Shown piece by piece: positions 52,701 through 63,800 of a stretch of 64,000 nt of DNA. The notes under the pieces were generated by a model. That model searched no databases. It was not told the origin of the DNA and saw nothing but the letters and a program-made list of their open reading frames with translations. Each line of letters begins with the position of its first letter. Within the stretch, counting starts at the first letter, position 1. The DNA is from Stramenopiles sp. TOSAG23-3 (lineage: Eukaryota). A program made the position numbers and the translations under genes. The DNA lies in contig LT642147.1 of the NCBI GenBank assembly GCA_900128585.1, positions 1-64,000 on the forward strand, written 5' to 3'.

Positions 52701-55700
52701 ATTCACTGTGACGGTCGACACCCGCGACACGTCGTACGTAGAAGGGTAGTTGGTGCTCGACGGGAGCCCGAGCGTGTAAGTCGGCAGCTTGGCAAAGTAC
52801 TGGTCTTTCGTGCCCATGTTGGCTTTGTCGAACTGGATGTTTGCACCACCAGTGTGGTACTTGCTAAGTTTGAACGTGTCAGCAGTTATCTCTTTCAAGT
52901 AGTACTTGCCAAGGTGTTCCAGCCCGCCGACTGGAGCACGGGACAGGGTGGTACCCGATGCCGACGTTTGCGTTTGCCCATCGTTTCCAGCATAGTATTG
53001 GACCACATCATTATTGTTATTGTTTGTCCAGCCATGACTTGCGCTGTAAAATATAACGTCGTTTGTCGGTATCACGGACGCCCCGACAGGCGGCGCGGTC
53101 GTTGGAAAACCCTCCGATGCGAGGTACGTCACGAGGCCCGCATTCGATTTCCCTGGTACAGTAGATGTAGAATCAGCAATGGTGTAAATTTTGTTTTCAA
53201 TTCGAACCTTTGAGCCGGCGCCGCCAATCTGGGAAGCGTCGGCAACTCTGAAAGCTTTGGTTGTTGCAGTCGGTGGAGGGACGACGACGGTGGTCCCTTT
53301 TCTGGGCAAAAACGTGACCCTCGAACCTAGAGCATGGTTGATTATCTCCTGCGTTCTCCCCGCAGTAATTCCATTTCTCACACACGTCAGGGCATTTGCA
53401 CTCACTGAAGTAACTAATATGATCTCAGATCCAATTTGAATGTATGCGTTCTTAGTGCTACTTGTAAAACCCAAAGCAGCCGCACTTTGGACATTGATGA
53501 CTCCATTTGAAGTACCCGACCCGCTGTTCGACCCGCCGCTGGCAGTTGTTACAGTCCCCACAATGGCAGGCTTCAAAGCCAATTCGGCCGGACGAAAATG
53601 CGTCGTCGGTGTCGTGTCGGTGCACACCATTTGAACCTTGGACCCTGCTGTCGACTGCTGGGAAGGGGTTGTAGTTAGCACAACGTTGGTAGAGACGACT
53701 GCTTTTACTTTCATGGCTGCCATGCTGTCGCACGTTTGAATCGGGGCAACACCGTTCCTATCTACGCCTAGGTTGTCGCACGTTTGCGTGTTCGACGCGA
53801 CAGTGCAGCTTGCTGCGGAGATTGGATTGCTCAACGGACTCCCCGCGGCATCGAACTGGTTTTGGCAGCACGCGCAATTCGCGGGGGTGGCAGAAGAAGA
53901 GGTAGTAGAACGGCTCTGGAGCCCCTTTCCGTCGCACTTTTCAAGTATATCGTTGTTGTAGCACACCTCGCCGGGCTTCAGGTCGGTCCCGATATTGGTT
54001 CGTGTCGTCGTACGCCCCGGGCACGTGCACTGCACGGCAGTGGTCGAGGTCCCCGTTATGGACGAGCAGGTCGTGAAATCGGCCACGTTGTACGCTGGCG
54101 ACACAAAATTGTCGCACGTCTGTGCGGTGGGCGAGCTTACGGCGAGCTTGCAGTTTCTCGGGTGGCCGCTGGTGGCCGTGGTCTTCTGGCAGCACGCGCA
54201 CGTTCCGCTGGTAACCTTCGCCCCGTCCCCGGCGCACTTGGCTATGAGCCCAGTCGCACCGCATACTTGGCCGGGCTGGATAGTGACACTTGTGGAGGTG
54301 CCTTGTACGGTGCACGTGCACGCGACTTCCGTCGTTTTCGTACCAATCGTGTTGACGCAGGCGGCCAGGTTCGCGGCCGTCCCAGGGTTCGTGCCCGTGC
54401 CGGTCGTTATGCACGTCTGGCCCGATTGTGCTATCGTGCAGAATGGAGAGTCGTAGTAGTTCGTGTCGGTAGAGCAGCACGCACACTTCGACGAAACCAC
54501 TTGCCCGCTCACGAACGTCCCGGCGTTGCACTTTTGCAGTCTCGTCGGCGTGGCTCCCACGGAGGCCGTGTGGCACACTTGGCCGGGAAGGAGCGTCGTG
54601 TCGCCGCACTTGCACTCGACCGGCGTCTCCTTCGACCCATCGACGGCCTCGCAAGTGGTGAACGCGTCCTTCTTTCCCTTGGTGGTGCACGTATCGTCCT
54701 TCGTCGCGGGCTGGCAGGCCGTCTTGTCCTTGTTGCAGCACGCGCAGTCCGTGTTCCACCGGCGTCCCGCGCCGTCCCACGAAGCCGGAGGGCCGGCCGT
54801 GTACCCGCAAGGGGGAAGCTTGGTGAGGTCGCCGTTGTCCAAGTTGCACACGGACCCCGAGGACACCTCCACGGTCCCGCACTGGCAATCTTTGGTCGAT
54901 TCTCTCTGTCCGTTGGTTGACTCGCACGCCGCGTAGTCCGACACCTGGCCGTTCAGGCACACCTGGCTGTTGCTCGTGAGTTCGCAGACCTGTCCGCTCG
55001 CATCGCAGCAGCTGCAGCCTTTCCCCTCGGGGCCACGCTCTCCGTTTCCGGCGCACTTGGCTATGCTGAAGACTTGCTGCGCGGGGGTCAAATTGCAGAC
55101 TTGGCCCGCGTTGATCTGCTTGGGCCCGCACTGGCAGGCGCTGGTCTCCTTCTGTACGCCGGCGGTATCGGCGCACGCGTTCACCGATTGGCTCGACGGG
55201 GTATTCGCCGGGCTATCGGTGCTGGCACTGACCACGCACGTCCTCCCTGCCAGAACGTCCGTGCACACCCCCGCGGTGCTGCTTGAAAGGTCCGAACAGC
55301 ACGCGCAAAACTGCGTTGCAACCGACCCTGCGGTGCATCGCGGAAGGTTCGTGTTGGAGCGACGACGATGGTTGCAGACCTCGCCCGGACCGATTTCAAG
55401 GGTTCCGCACAAGCACGATTTCGTGGTCCGTTGCTGCCCGTTTTCGCTGCCGCACGTAGCAATGGTGGACACTGGCGTTGATGACGTCGTGATGTCCGAT
55501 GCGAGGGTGTTGACGCCAGTTACGTAGCAGATTTGCCCCACCTGCGCTACGGCGCACTGGTTGGCCTGGGAGGCAGTGCTGGGCAGGCAGCAGGCGCACC
55601 TTTCCGACGTCCTGGTACCGTCGGGGCTCCCGCGGACTCCGTTCGCATTCTTGCACTCCGGGTATACCGTTCCCGATATGCACACGTCGCCCGGGGATAT

Positions 55701-58700
55701 CCCGGTCGCACCGCACGAGCAGGCAACTGCGGCCTTGTGAGGGGTGGAAGCGCACGCCGCGTACGGGGCTGTCTGGCCATTGTTTCGGCACGTCATCAGG
55801 TTTTGGGCAAAGTTGCAGGCACCTGTGGAAGCGGCGCAAACGCCGTTGACAAGCGCAGAATCACAAGCGCAGCACGCACAAGTCCCCTGGACTTGTTTCC
55901 CACCGCCGTTACCGGGCATGTTCCCGCAAACGAACTGCACCTCGTTGTTTATGCATACCCTCCCAGACGTCATTTCCACGCCGTTGCATGTGCACGCGCG
56001 TAGCTGCACAGCAGTCAAAGAGCACGAAGCAGAGGCTAAGGTCGGAGTATTGTGCTGGGTCCCCGATTCTGAGGTAAGACACGTTTCGCCCGGTTTCAGC
56101 GCGCGGCAGAGCCCGTTGTTTCGAGTTTGGCAGCACGCACACCTGTGGGTGACTTTCTTGCCCCCCTCGACACACTTTTCAAGCTTCTGCGTGTCGCCAT
56201 CTACAGTCGCGCACACGCTTCCGGGGTTGATGATCGAAATCCCGCATTGGCAGGCTGTGAAAGTGAGGACATTGTACGGTTAGTGTGTGGAGTGTTGGGA
56301 GGCATTTGGGCAATGATAAAAAAAATACTTACCCTCCGTGACCTTTCTACCAGGTAGCCAATTGGCTGAATTGGAATCCAACCCAGTGATTTCTATCCGA
56401 TCGCGTGGATTTGTTGTACCAGATGGGCATGCGGCAACTGTTTTTTTAATCAACACAGTACCAGATGCTTCGGCGCTGGTACAGACATCCCCGGGCACGG
56501 CGATCCTGCACAACAGTCTGTCTCTTCCGCCTGAGACTGCAGCGTTTAGACTCGTCGCCAAAATGCCAGGTAGCTCGCAGCAAGCGCAAGCCTTGTTTTC
56601 CACCTTCTTCCCCTTCCCCCACCCCGGGTAGTGCTGGCAGATGTCGATGATTTTGTTCGGGTCGTTGTCGTGGTTGCACACTTGCCCCGCTTTGATCAAT
56701 GTGTTCCCGCAATTGCAATCCACCGCCGCCCGGCCCGTTCCGTCCGTGACAACGCACGTTGTCACTGCTGCTACCGCCGGGGTCCCGGACGCGCTAAACG
56801 TACACGTCTTTGTGCTGTCGGCGTACGAGCAGGTCGTCCCGCCGTCCCTGCAGCACGCGCACCCTTCGGGCGGCGCCTGGGCCCCCGTGAGCCACAAGTA
56901 CGGGTGGGCCCCGGCGGTGGCTGAGGATGTTGCTCGACAGTCCGTCAGACTCCCCTTGTTGCTCGTGACGTCCACAAGCGTGCTCCCTGCCGTCGCTTGG
57001 TTGTAGCATCGCCCTTTGCATTGATCAAGGACCAAGTACCCCAATTGGTTGTTGTAGTTGCACACTTGGCCCGGGACCAGGGCAACGTCTCCGCACAAAC
57101 ACTGCACTTTGGTGGCCGCGGTACCCACCATGTTAAGGCACTGGGCCAACGGCGTTACGACCCCGTCGCGGCACATCTGAAGGTTGGTTGCGAGCGTGCA
57201 CGCGCCCGTGCCGGCCTTGCAGCAGCTGCATTGTTCGGTCGAGCTCATAACGGTTGGTTGGCCGTTTGGGGCCTGCTTGAATCCCCTGTACCCTTGGCCA
57301 AAGCAGTGCTCCACTGTTTGCGATGCGGTCATCGAGTTGCAGTACTCCCCGGGCTGAAGCGGTACCCCGCCGCAAAGGCAGGCGATCATGGAGGGCGACG
57401 CCCCGTTGGTTATGCCGCACACTCCGTAATCGGCCACGGCGCCGCTACTTGCGCAAGTTTGTCCCTTAGAAGCCACTTTGCAGGTCCTAGTGGCGGCGTT
57501 GCAGCACGCCTGGTGTGGTGTTGGGTCGGTGAAGTGTTAGGCGAAGCGAACGAAAAATGGGGTGAAGAAGAGAGAAGTTGAAGAAAACTTACGCATTTGC
57601 TTGTCGTCTGCAGGCCGGCGCCGTAGCATATGTTTATCGGTTTGTTCGGCGTCAGGCCGTCGTAGCAGACTTCGCCGGCAGATATTGTTGTCGCCGTGCC
57701 GCAGAGGCACGGGACGGCGGTCGCCTTTGTCCCGTCGGAGGCCTCGCACGCTGCAAGAGGGACGGCTGTCCCCTCCACGTTGCACGTGTCTCCCGCGTTC
57801 GCGACCATGCACACGCCGGATACGGAGCAGCACGCGCACTTGGCGGAGACTGCCCCTGTGGTGCTGACCGCGCACTGTTGGATGGCCTTGTCCGGCCAGA
57901 CGGAGTGGTAGCATATTTTCCCTGCTTTCATCGGCAAAGTGCCGCACTTGCAGTCGACGGTCGAAATCTTCGTCCCAGTCGTGTCCTGGCAGACTCCGTA
58001 AGTCGCCTTGGAACCGCTGCTTAGGCATGTATCGTCGTTGGAGGCTACCGCGCAGGCCGTCCCTTGAGGGTTGCAACATGCACAGCGGGCACTAGTCTTT
58101 GCCCCGCCCCCTTGGCACTCCGACAGGACCTTGTTCGGATTGTTGCCGTTGTCGCAGATGTCCCCGGTGTTTATCGCCAGCTGCCCGCACATGCAATCCC
58201 TGGTGGTCTTGGAAGTGCCGGAAGAGCTCGCGCAGTTCCCGTACGCCTGCAGTTTCGAATTGCTATTCAGCATTGGCAAACAGGTCTGGGCGTCGGTACT
58301 AGAACTGGAACTAGTGGAAATCTCGCACGGCTGCCCCCCTGTCCACGTGTTTCCACCACTCTCGCATTCTGCGCGGGTCGTCTTGGATGGGTCCGAGCAC
58401 GCGGGGGCGCAGCAAGCGCATCTGGCAGTGATTCGTTTCCCCCCTCCCGCGCACTTTGACATTTTCTTCGGGGCCACCTCGGTAGGTGGTCCGGAGTTAT
58501 AGTTTTCCACGTAGCAGACATCGTCAACGGAGATGCTCACGGGAGATCCCGAGGCAGGGTTTGCCGCCGCGCACTGGCACTCGATCGTAGACATGGGGCC
58601 CGAGACCTGGGGGCAGGCCACAGTCTTGATCCGTTTGTAGTTGTACGCGTACACGTTGGTCCCCGGGGAGGCCGTTTCACAGGTCTCCCCGGCCGCGGTG

Positions 58701-59540
58701 GTGGCACAGTCGTTGCCATCACTAAGGCAACAGGCGCAACGGCTCGACTCTGCCAGTCCGTAACGGGTGCACTTGGCAATTCTGCTGTTTGGCGAGTAGT
58801 CGTGGTTGCAGACTTCGCCCGGTGCGATTTCGGTGGTTCCACACAGGCACGAAACGGTGGTCTGCGCAGAAGCCATGGTGTTGACGCAGGCAGTCAGCGC
58901 AGTGACGGTGCCATCGTTACTGCAAACCTGATTTCGCTTTGCAGGCGTGCAGGATCCGCTTCCAGAGGACGGGCAGCACTACAAGTCGAGGAAGGGAGAC
59001 GATCGATCGTGTTAGTCGCGGAGCAGAGGGGGAGAGAAAGACAACGTTGATCGGGAGTACTTACGGTACAGTCCTGGGAGGCTTTTTTGCCCCCGCCCGC
59101 GCACGGCTTGAGGACTATATCGCTCAGCTGGCAGACCTCGCCAATGCCAACGATTGAATCGGCGCACCGGCCTAAGTAGAAGAAAGGGTAATTTTGTTGT
59201 CGCGAAGGGACGATGAAAATTGTTAGCACAAGGGCAAAAGGTTGGTCGGCAAAAGAAGGGTGCGAGGGGCGGGCGGCTGGCTCTACTTACAGGGCTGCGA
59301 AGCGGCGCGCGTGCCGTCCACGTTCGTGCAGGCGCTGGGGTCCAAGCACATGGTCGCGGATGCAACGGCAAGGGCCCGTTCTTTATGTTCCATTTTTGCC
59401 AGAAAATCCACCCCACGGAGTTGCCGGAAACTGTGGGGGTACGCTGGCGACCTTTGCAGGCCGTGGAGCTGCTGCGCCTTCTGCGCGCTAGCGCACACGA
59501 GAAGGGCGCACGCCAGCAGCGTGCGCAGCGTTTGGGACAT
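46731..59540 (-). CDS. Giant Cys-rich type-I membrane (surface) protein, ~4,150 codons; exons 59540-59291, 59171-59065, 58978-57593, 57509-56333, 56254-46731 (frame breaks at ~50947 and ~49614)
   Basis: Signal peptide at 59540. Four GTAAGT..CTAAC..YAG introns join the ORFs in frame. About 22 repeats with CxCG..G.VC..CxCC..C..TC. C-terminal TM WLIIVAIVILIGLVCFGLFFML and a charged cytoplasmic tail. Confidence 0.82.
49500..49693. repeat. Internal ~195-bp direct repeat, copy B (copy A at 50833-51027)
   Basis: Near-identical nucleotide sequence, e.g. ttggagttcccctggttaccgtgactgtagttgaaccaccagttgacgtaactgtcatgatttcgcttttgattttgat in both copies. Confidence 0.95.
50833..51027. repeat. Internal ~195-bp direct repeat, copy A
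   Basis: Matches 49500-49693, offset by 1333 nt. Confidence 0.95.
56255..56332 (-). other. Intron 4 of the giant surface-protein gene (78 nt)
   Basis: GTAAGT..CACTAAC..CACAG; the splice gives KVTEACQCG. Confidence 0.9.
57510..57592 (-). other. Intron 3 of the giant surface-protein gene (83 nt)
   Basis: GTAAGT..CCTAAC..CCAG; the splice restores SKCACCN. Confidence 0.9.
58979..59064 (-). other. Intron 2 of the giant surface-protein gene (86 nt)
   Basis: GTAAGT..GACTAAC..TGTAG; the splice restores DCTCCP. Confidence 0.9.
59172..59290 (-). other. Intron 1 of the giant surface-protein gene (119 nt)
   Basis: GTAAGT..GCTAAC..TTAG; the splice gives QPCRCAD. Confidence 0.88.
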
Positions 59541-61281
59541 TGGTCTTTGTCTTGCTTTGTTGTTCTTTCTTTTGCAGTATTGTTTGAATAGTGCAAATTA
59601 TGCAAATTTAGTGTGCAGTCGGCAGGATTTGCTCTTTAAAATAACGCGCCGTTTCATTCACGAAAGTAACAGCGTGGGAACGCAGCAACATCATGGTTGC
59701 GGAAGCTGCCCAAAAAGCTCGGCTTACGTGCAGCATATCATCGGTACCGGGCACTTTGTTGTTGTTCTTCTTCTTTGTGAGCAGCTGCTGGTGCCGGCAC
59801 AATAAAAAAATAATTAAACCACCACCATCCTGTTGTCCTGCTATCGGTAGTTTACTCGTTGGTTCTACTTCCATATCTATAGCTCCTGTTCTGTGGGTGT
59901 TGTTTGGGTGGTGAGTGGGCGGCGTGAGCTCGAGAAAGTTTCCTGTTACAGGCGCATAGGCAGAACATTAACGTGTAAAAAGATTATCCAAAACCGACGG
60001 ACCGCAACAACAAAAAGATCGAAATTTTGGATTCGAGAACCATTATTTTGTACCTTAACATGGAGAAGCAACCGGGAGAGCTCTTCTGAGAATATAGTAA
60101 TTGTAAATAAACTAGACGAGCGACGACACCAATGTATCATTAAGGATAATTGTTCAAATAGGAGAGAATCACTGGACGAACCATTTCGAACGGATTAAAA
60201 AAAACTCAGCAGAGACTCCTCTCCCTCCCCTTTCCTATTTTCTTGCAGTTTTAGTTTTCTTCAATGGTATGGAAGCAGCAGCCGGGACAACTCCTCGCTT
60301 GGGTTCCGAGAGATTTGACATATTTCCCAACACTGTTCCGATGTATATAACCAACTGGTTCGTTTGGGTTCGAAGGTTCAAAAGTTTGGTTTTGCAGAAG
60401 TATACACAGTTGCATAGTTGTCTTGCGATGCCCCCCTATGGAGCAAAAATCGACGAAAATTTTGCCAGTCATTTGTTTTTTTTTTGTGGAGAGGAAACGC
60501 ACGCAAAAGAAAGGATGATTCTGCTTCGAGCTTCGAGGAACAATAATAAGTAGGAGGAACACTGAACAAAACGCTTGCCGGTAAACTTACACGCCACTTC
60601 TTTGATTCTTTTGATGCATAAGAAGAAATACCGTCCCCTCACCATTAAATTGTTTTTCTGATTAGTCTAACATTAACATGGAAGGGGGAATCGTATATAG
60701 TTTATTTACTCCGGAGACCACGCACAGCAATGGTGTAATTTACAAAGACATAACAGCTGCGCTAGAGTCCATATCACAATAGTATACATTGAACAGTATG
60801 GGATATATAGATAGGTTACAGAATGGCACTTTTACCTGCCAAAAAGTGGTGTTATTTTTTAAATAAATAAAAAACATTGAAGTAAGAAATAATTGTATAC
60901 TCGATGACATAATCGTCCTATAATATAATTAAATTTGAATTATTCTATAGTCTGTCTACCTTTTATGAAACAAAGCAGTACACAAGTTGAATAATTATTC
61001 AGACAAACAACATAGAGGAAGGAGGGCAGAGAGAGAGAGAGCAGGATACCATTTGTTTTTAGAGGTCCTTAATATAAATTAATATGTCACTATAATATGT
61101 ACGACGTAAGGGAAATAGGTCTTCTCTAATACCCTACTTTCTGTAATCCTCACCTTCACCTATCTAAAGACAATGACATTATGTATTAATAAAGAAAGAG
61201 AAAACCTTAAAATCAAAATAAAGAAGAAGAAGAATTGTACAATGGTGTGATACCGTATCTCTCAACAACAAAAAAATCCGC

Positions 61282-61368
61282 GAAGAAGAAGAAGAAGAAG
61301 AAGAAAGAAGAAGAAGAAAGAAGAAGAAGAAGAAAGAAGAAGAAAGAAGAAGAAGAAAGAAAGAAGAA
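61282..61368. repeat. (GAA/GAAA)n microsatellite
   Basis: Purine-only tract upstream of the GST gene. Confidence 0.95.
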
Positions 61369-61625
61369 GTTTAAGTTTAAGTTTATATAGTATTAATAAT
61401 TAAAATCAGGAAGTGGTGTGTGTGCAACCTTCATGCAATGTTCTTCTCTATTTTTTGGGTACCCATATATAATTTTGTTCGATAGGATACTACTCGGCAG
61501 CCCTATCCGTGTTCGTCTGACATCATCATCGGCGATTTTGTTTGTTGTGGGGGCTTCGTATTTTCTTTCCACGATTGATTAAAAAAGAAAAGAACGAGGG
61601 CAGAACTATTCGATACAAGCTGGCC

Positions 61626-62484
61626 ATGTCGCACTTGAACCTTGCAAACTCGACCAAACGATGCAACGACTCGTCTTGGAACCCCTTGCAGAATTGGAGT
61701 AAGACTCGACCGCTGCAGATCGCCGTTGCGACAGGCGGTGCGCTAGGGTACTACCTTGGCGAGGCTAGTAAGGTGCAGGGGGGGGGCGGCCACCTTGACC
61801 TACTTCTGTGGCCGTGGAAAGGCCGAGACAACGCGGTGGATGCTGGCGGCAACGGGCGTGAAATTTTGCAACTCCGGTCTGCGGACGCACAAAGAGTTCG
61901 TTGACCTGAAGGAGAAGCAAGGGAAGCTTCTGTTTGGTCAGCTGCCTATTTTGGAACTGGACAATCATGTCTTCACCCAAAGCGCGTCCATGGTAGAGTA
62001 CCTTGCCAAGCGCGCCAACCTCTGCGGCAAAGACTTGTTCGAGGAGACCCGGTGCTCAGAGATTGCGGGCGCCGTGAGGGACTGGGCGCAAGGGCCGATG
62101 GCAGTGGCCTTCCAGGAGGACAAAGGCGCGTACAAACAGGGGCACTGCACCACGCTGTTCAAGAAGTTCGGGGATTACATGGAGAAAATTTTAAAAGAAA
62201 ACCCGAGTGGTTTCATGGTGGGGGAAAACGTCACGTACGCAGACATTTTGGTGGCCGAGTGCCTGACAAGCTACGAGGAGATGATCCCGGGAATCATCGA
62301 TTCGTTCCAGTACGAGCGGTTGAAGATGCTAAAGAACGTCGTGTGCAGCCTGCCGAGCTTAAAGGAGTACTTGAACTCCCCGCTGCGGTATGATTTTCCA
62401 GACGACACGTACGTCACCAATGTCCGAACGGTCCTAGGGCAACCGCTGCCTCCGCACCTGAAGCGTAATGGCGAGAACCCGTAA
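61626..62484 (+). CDS. Glutathione S-transferase (Tyr-type, alpha/sigma-like); apparent frameshift at the G9 run 61778-61786
   Basis: TLTYFCGRGKAETTRWML, LLFGQLPILE..TQSASMVEYLA and FMVGENVTYADI. No in-frame ATG lies upstream of the catalytic Tyr; the ATG at 61626 is in another frame. Confidence 0.85.
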
Positions 62485-62736
62485 GCTGCGCGCGGGCTCC
62501 CAGCGGAACGTCTGCCGCCGGGCGATGCCGAAACCGACGAATGCGTCAGCGCAGGGAGTGCGTCGTTTACAAAGTGCTCGTAGTGGGTGTACGGGCTCGT
62601 CTGCGAGCCTTGCTTTCAATTGCACTTTTATGTATAATTCTTAATATTTTGATACTTATAATAACGCTGCTTGGTTTTAAATATTTACCCTTCGCTCCGA
62701 CGACGTCGTAAAAATAAATAACTAAGAACCGTCCCG

Positions 62737-63405
62737 TTAACCCACCGCAAAATAATCAGAAAACTCTGGGACGGTCATGCACATTCCATAGGGCATCCCT
62801 CCGTCGATTGCCCCTTTCACGGCGTGTCTCCACTCCTTCTCCCCCCCCATCGAAGGGCATTCCGACCCCGCCGTGGTCCAAAATTTATCCAAGTTGTTGC
62901 CCGGTGCCCCAATCGGCGCATACGACGGTGGCGCGCTCTGGTACTTCCCGTTATCGCCAATCATGTGCGACCGGTCGGACGCGAACGTCTCCAGAAAATG
63001 CCGCGCCGACACCACACGGACCATTTGCCTCAGTTTGTCCGGGATTCTCATGTTGGGGGGTGATAGTGCCGCTTCAACGTATTGCTGCAGCGAGCAAGGA
63101 AAGTCTAGCCTCGTGTCGAGATCGAACACAAGGGCGTCGGACGCTTTGCTTGCGACGACGTAGATCACATGGTAGTCCCAGACTACCAACCCGTCGCCTG
63201 GTCGCCCACTCTTTTGCTGAAACACGGGGCACGTTCTTGGAGGGTTTGATATGAAAACGGCAAAAGCGTCCTGGGTTTCCGCGTCGCTTATGCCAACACC
63301 TTGCTGGCACAGAAAGTACACGTTCTCCTCACAATAACAGGAGGTGTAAACACACTCGTCCCGAGCGGGAACCCGGACGGGTGCAGCACCAGCGGCCAAC
63401 TCCAT
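62737..63405 (-). CDS. NTAQ1: Protein N-terminal glutamine amidohydrolase (WDYHV1)
   Basis: YTSCYCEENVY, VVWDYHVI, VFDLDTRLDFP and FASDRSHM. Confidence 0.95.
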   Translation of the reverse strand: MELAAGAAPVRVPARDECVYTSCYCEENVYFLCQQGVGISDAETQDAFAVFISNPPRTCPVFQQKSGRPGDGLVVWDYHVIYVVASKASDALVFDLDTRLDFPCSLQQYVEAALSPPNMRIPDKLRQMVRVVSARHFLETFASDRSHMIGDNGKYQSAPPSYAPIGAPGNNLDKFWTTAGSECPSMGGEKEWRHAVKGAIDGGMPYGMCMTVPEFSDYFAVG

Positions 63406-63715
63406 CCTTGCCTGGTTGGTATAGTATGTGGTTTGGTTGGTACTTTATGCTCGCATGTTGTTTCACGCACATGCGTACCCCTCCACTTTTTCTCCAACCA
63501 CCGTTTGTTATTCGGTTTCACTAAAAAAACTAATAGCCCCAAAGGAATTTTCTCTTTCTTCCTTAATATATATATACATACTTGGTACAGTTTTTAAATT
63601 GTAATCGAATATAATATTTATATAATACTTGGTACTTTAATAATTATTATTGTTGAGCTCGCTCGACGACGATATTATATATAATAAAAAAATATTATAT
63701 TTTTTTTATTAGTAG

Positions 63716-63800
63716 AGGAGAGAAGAAGAAGAAGAAGAAGAAGAAAGAAGAACGAAGAACAACGAACGAAAAGAAGAAAAAAAGATAAGAAGAAAAGAAG
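63716..63800. repeat. (GAA)n purine-rich tract
   Basis: Located upstream of minus-strand NTAQ1. Confidence 0.85.

Noticed and set aside
46701-58500. Many plus-strand and alternative-frame ORFs over the giant gene
   Set aside because: Explained by the GC-rich, repetitive minus-strand CDS.
60251-60569. Short ORFs in the spacer upstream of the giant gene
   Set aside because: No recognisable motifs or consistent coding bias; cannot be supported as genes.
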